64,000 nucleotides of DNA from Haplodiscus bocki (GCA_965655095.1 OZ296658.1:11904001-11968000), one strand, 5' to 3'. Positions 1 through 13,900 are shown, counted from the first letter of the stretch. Translations and numbers: made by a program. The notes: generated from the sequence alone by a model not told the origin.

Positions 1-1649
1 CCTAAGATAATTTCTGAATTTGTGATAATTATCATTGGGAACAATACAAAATTAACGGACGCAGTTTTTTTGAGCGGTGATTTAAGGTTTAAAAAACACT
101 AACAAAATTGACTTTAGTTCTGCTGTAACTGGAATATCCAGCGTCAATTTAGAGTCTTTCAGTACCGCCAGTGGTCTTGTTTTATTTTACAACACTCTGT
201 CACGGCTCCAGAGCCCTTAAATATTTTATACTGCGACAGTAACATCATCAAATTAGTCCAAGATTCAATAAATCATTCTGAAATTCCATCATTGGAACCA
301 AATTCTACCCTAGGGAGATGACAATTAAGCTGTCTGGCGATTTCGACCTCGACACTCTCTACATTGCAGCTTCAAATTTTCGCAGCATAAGTCGGGAGGA
401 AATGTGCAACGGTGGGGAGTTCATTTTTTTCAAAGAGAATTAATTAACGATGCACAGATCCGTCGGAAAAAATTTCGAACATTGCGGTCTCAAATTATTA
501 GTTTTGGGCAAAAACTCACTCCAGGAGATCGTCATACGAAAAATTTTGTTGATCTTTTTGAAAGAAGAAAACTTACCAACCAGTACTGCAAGAAACGTGT
601 TCGTGTAACTAGTAACATGCGCAATACCTTTGGTTATTTAGCGCAGTTCGGTACCTTTTTAGTGTCCTTAGTAATTCTGAGTTCCATGTTTTTTCAGGGT
701 TTCTGTTTTGACTCTCCGCTTTTTGAGACGAGTGTCTTGAAACTATTTTGGAGGCAGTCATTAGTACACTGACTTTCTCTCCCCTTTCCTCACGAAAAAG
801 TTTCAACTGTTTGGCTTCACTTTGCCTCATTCCGACTGCTGTTATCTAAATAAGCAGTTTTTCGAGGTCACCCATCTAAAAAGTAACTTGTTTTCAATGT
901 ATAACAACTTTGTACTCATCAAGGTTTTCTTCTTAACGTCTGACTGTTGTTAGTGGTTTTGATACGCAGTTTAGGGACTTGGGCAACAATGTGAGGTGAA
1001 AGATTACAAAAGAATCTTGAAAAGTCTTCGCATCCCTCGCTGGGAGTCCAAGAACTTTTCTCAATATGGAGCTGTTGTCCAAACTGAGAGGTCTGCTCTT
1101 TTGCAACAGGGTCTTCGTTTTGTTTTCAATTTTTTTTGTCCCCTACTGCTTGGTAAACCGAATACGAATACCACAAAGATAACAGATACAGTGCTGCTGC
1201 TACTTTGTAACCTTTTAGATTGAGCAATTGACTGATGAATCAGACAAAAAAAATGTGTTTATCTCTTGGCTAAAAACACTATGATTTGAGCTAACTGTCA
1301 AATGTGTCGTTGTTGATCCAGATTGCTTTGATGATGTGCATCAAAAGTCAAGATTTTCCTTTCTGTCTTCATGATTAACGCCTACCAACAACATTCTTTT
1401 TAGTTGAATCTTCTTCTTTCAAAAAATAGCAAATTTCGTTTTTGATGGAATTTCCTTCAAGAATTTACCATAAACAGTATAACGGTCATTCGTCTGAAGG
1501 ACTGACAGAAGGAAAAAAACCAAACTCCAAAAAATGTGATTTGTTTTCAAATCATTCAAGATAAAACCATTTAAACCAATTGCCTTTGGCAAGAAGATCA
1601 AGAAATTTGATTAGAAAGCCCCTGAAATAGACTTTTAAAAGTTGCCTCA

Positions 1650-2780
1650 TTTTTTTCGAGAGCCCTTGGAGAAACGAACGTTATCTGAATTCTCATACAC
1701 CGTGATTTTCTTCCTACCTAGTATTGTCTGCAGAAAAGTTCAACTGCTAGACGCTCAACCCAGAGGGTCAGGCATGCACTAGGCCAAGTTGGTTTTACAA
1801 TTTTCGATCCGGACCCATTTGACAGAAACGTGCCCAACAAAAGCGTTTTTTACTCTTTGCCTTTCTAGAGGAAAGCACTCTGGCCATTGTGAAAGAAATG
1901 CTCAACTTTTCAAAACAATGATTAATGCAACTTGTTCTAAAATGGAGCTAGATTTGTGAAACTTTCCCAAAATCTTGTGCCCCGAAAAAAATGGCATTGC
2001 ATTTTAATTCAGATAAGTTAGTGCTGTCGACAAACATTGGCGTTTCGTTGAAAAGAAAAGCAACTCTTCAAATCTCTCTTCCTATCGATCCTCCACTTGC
2101 GAAAAGACGTCAGACCGAAGGAGCTAGTTTGTTTAGGAAAAAAATGGAACGAAAATGTGAAACAAGGGACCTCCTCACATGCCTGGCGCCCATCTTTACA
2201 AAAATCTGAGACAAAGCTGCAAAAGTGAAGTTTGGGCATGACTTTTGCACCTTTGAGATGAGCAATCTGGTGAAATACACTACGGGCGTTGTTCAACTAT
2301 TATAACACCAACAAGCTTTGATGCAACATCAAATGATACCAACCTTCTAATCTTTTGTGACAACAAGGCAGAAATTGGTAAAGTGCATCGATTGCCTCTG
2401 GAGCACATGGAGTCAACTGGACACTTGATGGAGCTCTCCGGACTCTCAGAATGTTTTCTAGACGTTGTTTGTGCACAGAAGGTCTCAGTGATTTTTGAGT
2501 GATCCAAAAGCAAGCGCGGTGCGTTTTTCCGATCATTATTGTCTTCTGCTCATACCAAAACTCATTTACCAGTATATATGGTGATGTCTCTTCGAAAAAT
2601 TTGGAAAAGCATGTATTTCGAACAGTGGTTACTGACATCATATCACAAAACGTTCACCTGTGTGGAGATGAAAGAATTTGTTGGAGGTACACTGTCAAAA
2701 CAATGACGGGACTAAGTCTAGGAAAAGTAGTTTGACCTATTAGCCTATGTGAAGCTTGTTTGTTTGATGGGCAAATGATT
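1650..2780 (+). mobile_element. Highly decayed BEL/Pao-type integrase and C-terminal region
   Basis: Frameshifted remnants occur in the expected order: QVGFTIFDPDPF (~1785, cf. GvDyfGPf), LHFNSDK (cf. IxSDN), DPPLAKRRQTEGASLFR (cf. PPxAPxxGGxwERL), and LCGDERICWRYTVKTMTG...*PISL (cf. GxDGxVRxVxVKT...RPI). Recognised by eye only. Confidence 0.35.
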
Positions 2781-5700
2781 CAAAACTCCGCCCTTTTTTA
2801 TGTATTGTTCTCTTTTCCTGTTGTCAGTTTATGAATCCTGAGCTGCATGTTTCTGAGTGCTTGTCCGTTCCTTTTTCATTTAAAAGGCACTAAGAAGTTT
2901 TGCATTTTCTTGGTTTCCTACTATATTTTCAGAAAAATTTTATTCAGTGGAACCAATTTTGACATTAACGAAACTCGGTTAGAGATTTTACTTGATATAC
3001 AGCTTCTGTCACAAACATGGTTCCGCACCAAACAATTTACGCCAGCTCAGCTAACAGAAACAAACCCAAAGCTGGGCTTTTTATAATTCTAGCAGTTTCT
3101 TTAGACCAATTGGCTTCCTGCTTTTTTTTAAGACACTCCTTCTGAGTGAATTAGCAAGAAAATTTAGCTAAGTCAAGAATTTGCAAAAACCATTGTTTCT
3201 AAGGGATAAATGATCCCGGTAACTCAATCAAGCTGCACAATCAATTCAACAAGTTTTTTGTGTCAATGCCAGTTTCACCGACGCCTACGATTTTACGATG
3301 CAATGTTTTCAGCGGGTCAGTTTGCTAATACGTTTGCGCACTTTGCGATTGTGAACCGTGTTGTGCGTTAGCATGTTTCTCACTTTTTTGATTAAATGTT
3401 CCCTTTTTTGTTTCTGGTTGGTTTTTACATAAACGCAACTAGTGTTTTCCAATGAATTCCCGGTTTCTGGTGTTAAAAACAAGGCGATTGGTTATTACAC
3501 TCTTCACTGTTTCTCTGTGCAACCTTGGCTGTTGGGAACCGAGTAAAATGTTGGATCTGAAACTTCAAAGTTCAAAGATTCTTGACTTTTTTGTGACCTG
3601 CAACACCAATTCTGCTGGTCCCTTTATCAAAACCATTGTTGCTGGACAATTTAGAACTTTCAAACAGGTAGTTACACTCAATGAAGTGGAACAATCAATT
3701 TTGACAAAACTTTGTTGCTTCTGGGATCAAATTTCTACGTTTTACCACAGCGCATCCAAAGCCACTACAATGCCGGAAGTTTTGCATGCATTAGTGCCAC
3801 CATCGATGAGTGAAAACAATTCCGCGTTTCTGCAGCTTAAACAAAAGGCATTTATTGTCTAAATCTGTTTCTAACTCAACGAGAGCAGGCCATAACCCAG
3901 GTGGGTTTCATTTGGGGGTTGTTGCTTGTGACAATTTTCAAGTGCCTCAAATTGCTAATTTTCTTCGAGCAAGTCATGAAAAACATTTCATGACAAAAAT
4001 ATACTTTCCACAAGGCCAGGTTTCTCAGAAAAGTCTGCGCGTAGCTCCGAGAAAAGCATTAACTGTTTAGTGAACTCATGTTGTTTCTTTCTGGTACCTA
4101 CCGTTTCAATTTCGATTGACTTTCAACTGTATCGTTTCACAATTTAGTTCTTTTTTGTGGATGTTCGTCAAAAAAATTTCTTTTTCTGGTGACTTTTGTT
4201 TCATAAATTCTTTGTGTAGTGTTTCGCTCCCCTCTCTGGTTCTGATAGTGTTGCTTTTCAGAGAGAACGGAAAATGCGGAACTACGGTCAACCGACAAGA
4301 AGAAGGAGCAAGGAAAGGCTCTGATAATTCCAAGCGTGCTCATCACAGCCTTCACCGCTCCAGCTCAGTCGCTTAACATGAGAGGAACAACTTGTTTCTA
4401 AATGAAAACTTGACTACTGATTTGTGTTTCCCTCTGGATCTTCTCTTTTGCTCACCACATGAGAAACCTTCACAAAAATCAACAGAAGGCTAACATCAGT
4501 TATATTGATAGTGTAAAAACGCCTGGTACCAATTTAGTCAGTCCGACTTTAACAATAGTTCTGTGTTTAAAAAATTTTAAAGGCAAATTAAAAGTAGTTT
4601 TGGACGGTAATGGATGTCTTCACTGTCAGCCAGAGGAGGTAGAAGAAACTAACTCCAGCATAGGGTTTGAAAACAAATCAAAATAATCGAAAAGCTGTAG
4701 GAAGTAGTTGCTTCGACCGCTACATCGGATGAACTGGCAACAAAGAATGGTGAAAAGGGAACAATTGTCGCTGAGACGGCCTAACGAACCTCGATCTAAA
4801 GGACGGACGAGCCGGTGCGAGCAGGGAGGCCATGCTGGCATTGACTGGTGGCGCTCGCGGAAAACATTTTAAGCCCCTGGTAATATACTTTTTGTTTGTA
4901 GCTTTGTGACACGCGTAGCATATGAAGCATTCTCTGAAAACAGGACTTTGCTAAAGTTTTTTGTTTGCCATTAGTTTTGAGCGTGATGGAAGAAAACAGG
5001 TTCGTTTATTGTAAACACAAAATCAAGATACGAATGCAACGCTGTTGAGTTTGAAAACGTTTTCGAAATTCAACAACCCTCATCAAATAGTTTTTGGGTA
5101 ACGAGGTTAAAATTGATTATCGGAAACGGACAAAAAAGAAACCAGAAGAAGTTTTCTTTCGCCGTTGAAGAACCTCGTCAACACGGATGTCCTTCACATA
5201 CATTACCGGAGCTTGATTTCGAAGTTTTAGACCTACAAGTCGAAAAATTTTACTGAAAGTTTCTTTTCTATTTTTTCGATCTTTCTGTTTAATCAGATTA
5301 GCATCGTCATCTAAAACTGATTATACTGGTGAGGACACACACACAAAAAAAATGGTGAAACCAATTTCATCGATTTTACAATTTGGAGCACAAACTTAGG
5401 GTTTGTTTTGTCTGCAGCAAAAACTAACAACCGGGTCAAAGGTCTCAAAAACGTGTCGGGAGCTTTAAATTTAGAATAATCAACGGCTTTTTTTCCAAGA
5501 ACACCAAAAAAGTGAAAGCAGCAAAAAAAGGTATGATTTTGATTGTAGAAAGGGAAAGGATTCGGAGAGACTCAAGGAAGTATGGTTCCGCGTTCGTCTA
5601 AAACGGAGCCCCGATAGTTCAACAAGGATTTTTTATGCAACTTTGATATGTCATGGGTCCCATAGGTTTTTGTGTGCTCCCGTTGGTTCTCAGAAACGCT

Positions 5701-6399
5701 AATATTGAGAAGAAAACAACCCGTTTCCTGACACTTTTCAATTGCCTCACCTATCCTTCACAATCACTTTCAACTATCAGTATTAAAAAGGCTGTATTCC
5801 ACCAAGAAAAGAGTTCAGTTGTGTACTAGTTGAATTTCTGGTTGGGGTAGAACCTATATACTTTCCTCCAATTTACTTGAACAGAACAAGCTGGGCGGAA
5901 AAGTTCGGTCCATTTATGAGAGGACTTCGTGTCCTAAACGGTTCCGGCAGTCAAATGACAGCACGCTTGTTAAAACCATGAGCAGCAGATTACAATCTGA
6001 AAGTTGTGACACGAATCGCTATGAGAAATTCATCATACATGCAATCGACGCTAGTCTCTTGCAACACTCTATGTCTTGTGAAAAATGAAATTGAGCGAAA
6101 AGTGTTGTTGGTAATCACTGACGACTGCTGTGTTGAAAATATGCAGAGTAATTTTTTTTCTCAAATTGTGCACAGCAAGTCACCATCAAAACATTCACCT
6201 CATTTTTTAAAAAAAAACTTTTGTCAGCAAGGTAAAATTAACGTATAATTTATTGACAAAAACAAAACACACTCAGTCCTGTTGAAGTCACTTCGTGAAA
6301 AAGAAGCAGATAAGATTACTGGGTTATGAAAGATTTTAATGCAGTTTTTTTAGAAGGTTACTTTTTCGCTCGAACGAAGAAATTTTCTGGCCATTTTCT

Positions 6400-8100
6400 T
6401 TCACTAGTTGCTCAATAATTTGAAGTTTTCAAAACCTTTACGATTTATGACGTGTCACTTTTCAAAAGGAAAGCAGCGACAACTGCAGAAACTCTGAGCA
6501 AGAATTTATTAGCCAACAAATTGTCACTTGACCCAAAGACACTCCATTTTGCGCCAAAAAATGTTGCATAGATCCAGTAACACTACAAAATGTTTACCGC
6601 ACGTTGAATGCAATCGATTTGTCCCCGTTATTCATTAAAAATTTTGGAAAGTGATAACTTAAGAAGCTTCACTTGCAATGTTCAGCATTGCTACCGCTTT
6701 TAGGAAAACAAAACGTTCTGCTGTCAAAATGATGGCTTCGACGATGAAATTTTTGCTATGATTCGTTTCCTTCCTTTCATAGAAATAACACTTCGAAAAA
6801 ACAGAAAATGGAGAACGTTGACAGCTTTAGTTTTTCGCAAGATAAACAATTTTTGGAATAACTGAAAGCTGCTTGTGCAACTCCGTCATTGGAACTGCTG
6901 ATTGATGACCTGGATTTTAACAACACAGACTGGCTTCATCTCGAAAGAAAGTTACCGCGAAGAAAGTGTCTCGCATGTTTGCTCAATCAAAGAGAAGCTC
7001 AGTCTCATGATGACTTGAATTATTCAACAAAGATTCTTCAGCTCAGTTAAGCATTATCTGCCAATTCCTGGATTCCTACAAAAGTCCACATTTGGTGACG
7101 TTTTTGAATGATCTTCAGGACAAATTAAAAAAGATCAGGCGATGTAAAATTTTGACCTTTACTTCTTATTTCGTTTCCAAACCAAAAACCAACGAACACA
7201 ATACTGTCTCTGCGGACGAACTAATCAACAACAAATCTGCTCAGGAGTATACCAGAAGCCATGGTCCTCTTCTTTAACTTTAACACGTTACCCTCCTAAG
7301 CATGTATGGTTTAATATTTCAGCCATAGTTTAGAAACTCTAAGGGTATATACACATCACTGAGCAACACAGCTGCTTCGGCAGTGCCAATGACTTACGGA
7401 AAGCATCAGAATTGAGCCGGTACCAAGTACCAAATTTTCTGCGTTACTCAAAGTAATTTTCAAAATTGAAGCATGTTACGAAAAAGTCAAACGGTTAACG
7501 GTTAGGGGAATTGGTATCAACCTTATCTGCTACCAGGATGTAGCCTGTGAAAAAAAACCCGCTAATCAAAAATTCAAAAGAATGGTTATCGATAAGATCG
7601 CCATCGATGCCTTTTTAAGTAAAATCGACGTTCAGCCAATCAAATCAAAATTATGGACAACTGTTAAAGACGCCTTCAGCCAACTGCTTTCGAATGAGCC
7701 TGATTCTTATCCACTTCAAGTTTAAAGGGGTCCACCTTTTGTGTCTGGAGGAGAGTTGAGGGAAGTTTGTGAACAAAAACGCATTGAGATTGACCCCATT
7801 TTCGCTCAAAAAGAAAAGTCACTAGCATAACGTTGCATTCAGAGTTTGAAAAACATTCTCTTTATAAGTTTGAAGAGGATGGATCTAACAAGTACATCAA
7901 GATTTTGCAAATTTTGGGGAAACTTTCGACCGCCCGAGTAAAAGGAAGCTTTGTGGTGAATCCAATTAATATGAAATAGCGAGACAAAGGAAAACAGCTG
8001 CTGGTGCTAAATGCTGATAAATTCTCTCCATACAAAATTGCAGGAAAGGCGAGTTTGAAAAAAAACCCAGTTCAATGTTGGAACTACTGTTCGTATATCA
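6400..8100 (+). mobile_element. Highly decayed BEL/Pao-type RT and Pao-peptidase region
   Basis: Remnants HGPLL (~7260, cf. GPxLL), KGSTFCVW (~7725, cf. GGFxLxKW) and KILQILGKLSTARVKGSFVV (~7900, cf. KRxILSxxxxIFDPLG) occur in BEL/Pao order, with many stops. Confidence 0.35.
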
Positions 8101-9703
8101 AAAATCACCACGCCCTTTGAGAACAGTTACAAAAAAGTATACCAAGCATGCTTTCAAACTCACCACCGCGTCGGAACTAAAAACTACGTACTCAGACCCC
8201 GTCTCCAACAGTTTGAAAGCTTCTGGTGGTTGGAAACTCCAGTGTAGATTCTCAGTCAGGAATCGAAGGCGTTCGAGTATAATGTTTCCCAGCATCGACC
8301 CAGGCAACAAACTGTTTTTTTTCTTCTTGTTGTATTGATTGGCACTGGAAGCAAGCATCTTTGGACAAGTTTGAAAGGAGCCTTTTTGTCTACTATTGGT
8401 CCTAACTATCAATCAAATCACATCACCGCACAAACATCACCCGGAGTTATTTTCTTGTCTAACCTTGGCAACAGTTTAGGAGTGGTATTGCCTAACAATC
8501 AGACTTGAAATGAAAGGCTTTGTATTACCATGGCAAAAAATATGATGTCCCCTGACCAAAGAACTTAATGGATCTGCTGCTCAAGAACTGCTCGAAATAC
8601 TGGAGGGATAAAGTAATCCCAAAACCGCATTTAGTTCAGTTGCGAAGACTAATTTGCGTAAGCAGTTTCGGGGCGGAAGAAGTGGAACTTTCCGAAAGCT
8701 CTGCACCGGCAGAACTTCGTCACGTGGTGTTATTTGCTAGCAACGTACCAAAAACTGTACTGTTCCCGGGTATGAGCATTCCTCTGCCAATCTCTCTCGT
8801 CCAGTTGTCCACCACAACCTCTTCTAAAGCGTTTGAGCCGAGGAAGGTATCAATTTTACCCGGGGTTTTTTGTTTTTTTCAAGAAGATGCAGTTGATTGA
8901 AATTATTTAGTCGGTAAAGGTCTTTTTCCTCGTTGGTAAAGTGTTTTTTTCCGCTAGTATGTAGAGAATATTTTCAAAGAACCCTTTCTGGTCATTCAAA
9001 ATTATGCCGGTTGTCGTTCCCGTTTCATAAGCACGAACTACTGAAATGGGTGTTTTCACTTTGACAGTTGGCAGCATTAATGCTCAGCTTTTGACTCTGT
9101 TATTAAACTGGCTTTCGAGGCAGAATAAAACAGAGCCCGAAATTGAACATTGCTTCACAATCTGTCTCAAAAAAAACGTGAGCAGTTCCAAACAGAATAA
9201 TGCTACAAATTGTGACTGACAGACACACGTAACTAGTTTCATCTAGGTCAACAGTTTCAAAAAAACTGTTGACAACCTGGGATTGAGTAAATTCTTATAC
9301 ATAAAGACAGGTTAACAGCAAATCGATTCATCTTTACTAGGTTGAACTGAGACGGCTTATCTTGAAGTTGTAAGGTACGATGATTTAATTTTCACACTCA
9401 CTACACATGGATTTGGTTATGCAACAGCTTTTGTGTCGGCCGAGTAGCAGGTAATCAAAGCACACTTGGTTCCAAACCGCGATTTCCTTTCTGTCAGATA
9501 TCGATATGATTCTAAATATATGGAAGTGTGCAAATTATGTGTCTTGTTGAACATTTCGCGGCAAACACTCAAATGACAGAAATTCGGCATTTTTGTTCAA
9601 GCTTCGTTGCTATACTTGAGCTTGTTGTTGTTTAGGAACTCTGCTTGCAATAGGCGAGATCCAATGCCACAGCTTTCCTTTCGAAGAAACTTCAAAGGGT
9701 TTC

Positions 9704-10774
9704 TGTCGCAGTATATCCGCGAAGCCTACGAGCATACAGAAATATAACGTGTTCCATAATAACGTGGAACGGGCTAGGAAAAAGCCTAGTTTCGTTCCGA
9801 AAATGGATTAAATCGATGCAATAGTATTACCAAGCATGTAATTATGATTTTCTTTGATTATTTTAGTGTATTTTATTTAATTTTGGTGCATTTCTCAATA
9901 CTTTCCTCTTATGAAAAATCTCTTTGATCATTTGTTTATGTTATTATTTAATGTGTAGGCGCGGGAATAAGCACTTTGATATCCATTTCTGACTGAACAG
10001 ACCCGTATATTTTCCGGGGAAAGATGGAAAAGACGCCGCCTGTAAAGGAAGAAATGGAGGGAAAGTTGTTTATTTCCCGCCAGAGTCGGCATATTTCCTT
10101 TGTAATTATTATGATTAAAGTACTTTTCCGTACTTTGTACCTTTACGTGGCGTGTAAACAATTATGTTTCCCGCCAAGGAGAAGGTATAAATAGGAGAAA
10201 CGAAAGTACTAAGGGGAGATCCATAATGTCACTTTCATTATCAGTTGACTGTACAGATTGCGACTAGTTGTTTATTTTAAAGAATAACATTTTTGTTATA
10301 ATCTCAAGTTGATTAACAAATACAAAATAATTCAGTTTTCATAACTGCGTAGCATTTTCCCTTCAAAAAGATGGCAACTTTGAGAAACAAAACGAAAGTT
10401 GGCAGCCGTTACAAGAGAAACACAAGAGGAAAATCCTAGGAACGGCCAGTCACGAAACACGTCCGTTCCTAGAATTAATGAGGAATATATCGCACAAGTT
10501 TCTGAGGAAATTGAAGGCAGAGTCAGTAAAAAACTGTCCCAGGAGTTCAGCAGGACAGAGTCCCGCATTTTGGGTGCTCTGACTAAATTAGACAATTTTC
10601 TCTCGAACCAACAGATTCGGACGCATTCCGAAACCGTTCCGGGAACATTCCGGAACACAAACGTGGAAAACCAGGGAACGAATGAGGACGACTCCCAGAG
10701 TGATCCTCATCCTGAAGCAGGCATCTTTGGCGACCAGACTACACAAAACTCTGGCCCAAAAGATTGTCGTGACA
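9704..10774 (+). repeat. 5' LTR (internal deletion relative to the 3' LTR)
   Basis: 9704-9742 matches 16494-16532 and 9757-10774 matches 17021-18039. TG...CA termini. TATAAATA at 10186-10193. Confidence 0.92.
10186..10193 (+). promoter_or_regulatory. Putative LTR TATA box
   Basis: TATAAATA about 180 bp upstream of the gag ATG (10371), present in both LTRs. Confidence 0.55.
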
Positions 10775-10929
10775 TGGTGACAGGAGTTACAGGAGAAATT
10801 CGTCACTGTCGTGACATGGTGACAAAAGTTCAAGGAGAGATTCGGTATCGCCCCGACATGGTGACAGGAGGTTCATTAGAGATGCGCAATGGCCTTGACA
10901 TAGTGACAGCAGTTCAAGAAAAGAATTCC
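10762..10929 (+). repeat. Four tandem 42-bp units, each containing LTR-end GACA plus a PBS-like TGGTGACA
   Basis: GACA|TGGTGACA junctions at 10771, 10813, 10855 and 10897 (the last reads TAGTGACA). They encode 14-aa repeats xxDMVTxxxxExRx. Confidence 0.85.
10775..10787 (+). promoter_or_regulatory. Primer-binding site
   Basis: TGGTGACAGGAGT immediately follows the 5' LTR CA end. TGG is complementary to the tRNA CCA. The tRNA identity is not established. Confidence 0.7.
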
Positions 10930-13900
10930 CATACTGCTCCTCTGGAATTTCCTCAGCAAAACAAAAGAAGTCGCGCTCCACAAGTCAGCCACAATTTCGC
11001 AGTGAGAACACCCCTGCGACATTTGAAGCAGACCAGATTTTGTTGGCCCTTCAGCAATTGGGGACGAACAGTAATTCTGTCAATGCCAATAACACTAGTA
11101 ACAGAATCTCGAAACTGCCTAAGTCCCTCACGACAACAATGCCCTTCTGTGACGGGAAATCAGGGAAGTTTGAACTGTTTGAAGATCTATTCCAAACGAG
11201 TTTAAAAATCCACAATCAGCTCACAAAAGGAGACAAAGTAAACTATTTCCACTCTCTCATGCGTGGCGATGTGCTGCAGACGTTCAAAAACATCAGCAGC
11301 CGGAACGGAGAGAATCTGACAGAAATTCTGACTGTGTTCCGTAGGAAATACGTAAAACCCCAGTCAAGGGCTACGGCAAAACATAAATTTCAACAACTAG
11401 TGTTCAATCCAGTGAACCAGAAGTTAATTGATTTTTTGGACGAACTCCAGAAATTGGCAACAGATGCGTTCGGAGTTGCTGCCCAAGCAGTCATTGACCA
11501 ATTCATATATGCCAAGATGCCTCCGCACCTGAAAAAATCAAAAAACCAGGCCCACTTGGAGAACGGCACATATGAACAGATTGTGACACACCTTGAAAGA
11601 GAATTAGAGCTTAACAGTTTGGAATATCTTGATGAAACTCAGATGAACACTGTGACGCACAAACAACAAATTGAAGCCAAGCTAGATAATGCTGGAATTA
11701 TCAACAGTGACACAAACGACTCTAACCCCAACAATCACAAAATTGACAGAAAATCCAGAACTTTCTATCCTCCCTGTGAGACATGTCGCAAAACGAACCA
11801 CTCCACAGAGAGATGTTACGTTGGAGCCAATGCAGCAAACAGGCCACTTCCCTGGAAGAACAAACCTCAAGAACAGGATACACACGACAGTATAACTGGT
11901 TGTGTCCAGGCTACAGCCCAACATTATAACTAGAAATGTCACATTTTCACTCCGGAACAGTGACTTACAGACCGGAGACCAAAAGAAGAATATTCCACCA
12001 TTCCCATGTGTTGTCTGGCAGCAACTTCTGGAGATATTTGTGGATAGTTCAATTTAGCTAATATTCAAAATGACTCTACTGCTGAAACTAATGAAAACAC
12101 ACATACGCCCCAACTAAAACAGAGAAATGATGTAGATTGACAAACGCCGTCATTAAAGGAAACCTCAGTTCAAAATCCGGCACCGCTACGGAACAGTTCC
12201 GAGAAAATGAAACTAGTAGCAAACAAGTACTGTGCCTCCATAACTCCCAGAACTTTCAAAACGAAACCCAAGAAACGGTTCACAGCATCACAGCTGAAAT
12301 GTAATGGAGATGACAATTTTTCCTCTCTCACAAAAACAACTTCAACGTTGTTTGGGAAACGCTTGTGAGAGATGAGGCATGAAAGAGCTCTATATGCCAG
12401 TGTCCTCCATCGTAATTCCTGAAAACTGTAGCTGCCTCTGGATTTCGTAAACTATCTAATTACACAACCCATTTGACCAGGTGTATACTAGGCACAATAC
12501 GAGAAGTTTGCCCACAGAGTCTCTGTAAAAGATCGGATATATGACGGAATGGATACGGACCATGTTTTCAGCTATAAACGGGGCACGAATTGGAAGCATC
12601 AAAACCCTAATTCTACCAAGCCCCGCAGAACTAAATATGATCTACGTCATCACCTGAGGCCGAACTGCAACGAAACTTACAAACATTGAATTTTTGAGTC
12701 TGATCTAGTATGTTCCACGGAACGCCTACGTACACTTTCCGGAAATCCTAGGAACGTGCTATGGAACTCATACGGAGCAAATACGTACCTATTCCTAGAA
12801 GCTCTTGACAGTTCTCCTGGAACAAATATGATCTTTTCACTACTAATTCTCAATGGATTTTGGTGATTGCAATAGTGAGTTTCTAAAATCATTTTCTGAG
12901 GATAATCCTTGTCGACTGACTCATTTCCCACTCATTCTCGCTCAGACTGGATTTCGACGATATTGTGTGCAACTAAAACAATACAGGCAATGAATTGATT
13001 GAATGAGAAAAACCTAGGAACACCCCCAGATAACCCCAGTTTGGGCGACACTAACGACATTACTGCTTCCACCCAGGGAAAAAACACGGAGTGATACGGA
13101 ACAGTTGCGGAAAGTCTACGGAACGTACCACAAAAGTGTCGCAGCTGAACCAGTATTTCATTCAAATCTGCCAACATAAAATATACATTAGACACACAGT
13201 ACTGATTGCGCAAATATAAATCCAACGGGAATGCCCACTTTTCATTAGAGAATTCAGCAACTGAGCCTTTTCCACCTCGCTGACGGAGCGACACAAACAA
13301 ACAATCTGATGCCCAATGGCATGCACAACAATGGCAGCAGGAGTCAGTGACGAATGAATCTAAAAGGCAAAAATGAGGTGAAATCAGGAAACAGTGAGGA
13401 ACAATACCGGTAAATTCCTCATTTGAACATGAATATTACCATCATCAAAAGCCTGCTCCATTAGCTCCAAACTTCGACTACGACTGTGGACAACTTCAGA
13501 GACGTCAGATTGAAGCCCGCAAATAGCGATACCAGGCGTCTGACTATCAGTCTCCACCCCAGTCGATACGTCATCTTTTCCTGATTCTAGGAGCAAATTC
13601 GGCATCACCTGCAAAAACGAGGATAACAAACCACAGCCCCAAAAGCAAATCCACAATGTAGATTCGAGAGAATGCTACTCTCAAGAGCAGCCGTGAGAGA
13701 TCTTTATCTAGAGCCCCCTTTCCGGACATCCCCCTCCGAAGTGGGAGCAACAACTTCAAACTCGGATCACAACCGAGTCAATCCGAGAGGTCCGGAGATA
13801 TCCGGACGAACAAATTGTTCCCAGAACAATTATACACTAAAACACAATGGCCTCACGAAGTCATCTTCATGAAGAGGTGCGCACTGAATACTAGCTTATG

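Larger units (their letters stand above)
10371..11933 (+). pseudogene. gag: Gag, starting inside the LTR and frameshifted
   Basis: ATG at 10371 gives MATLRNK, then a +1 A frameshift into RKLAAVTRETQEE... A second frameshift (~10925-11040) leads into a capsid-like region (FCDGKSGKFELFEDLF...FLDELQKLA) and the CX2CX4HX4C knuckle CETCRKTNHSTERC. Confidence 0.85.

Noticed and set aside
10762-10929. CRISPR-like repeat-spacer array
   Set aside because: The 'spacers' are homologous to each other, the array is in frame in gag, there are no cas genes, and the context is eukaryotic.
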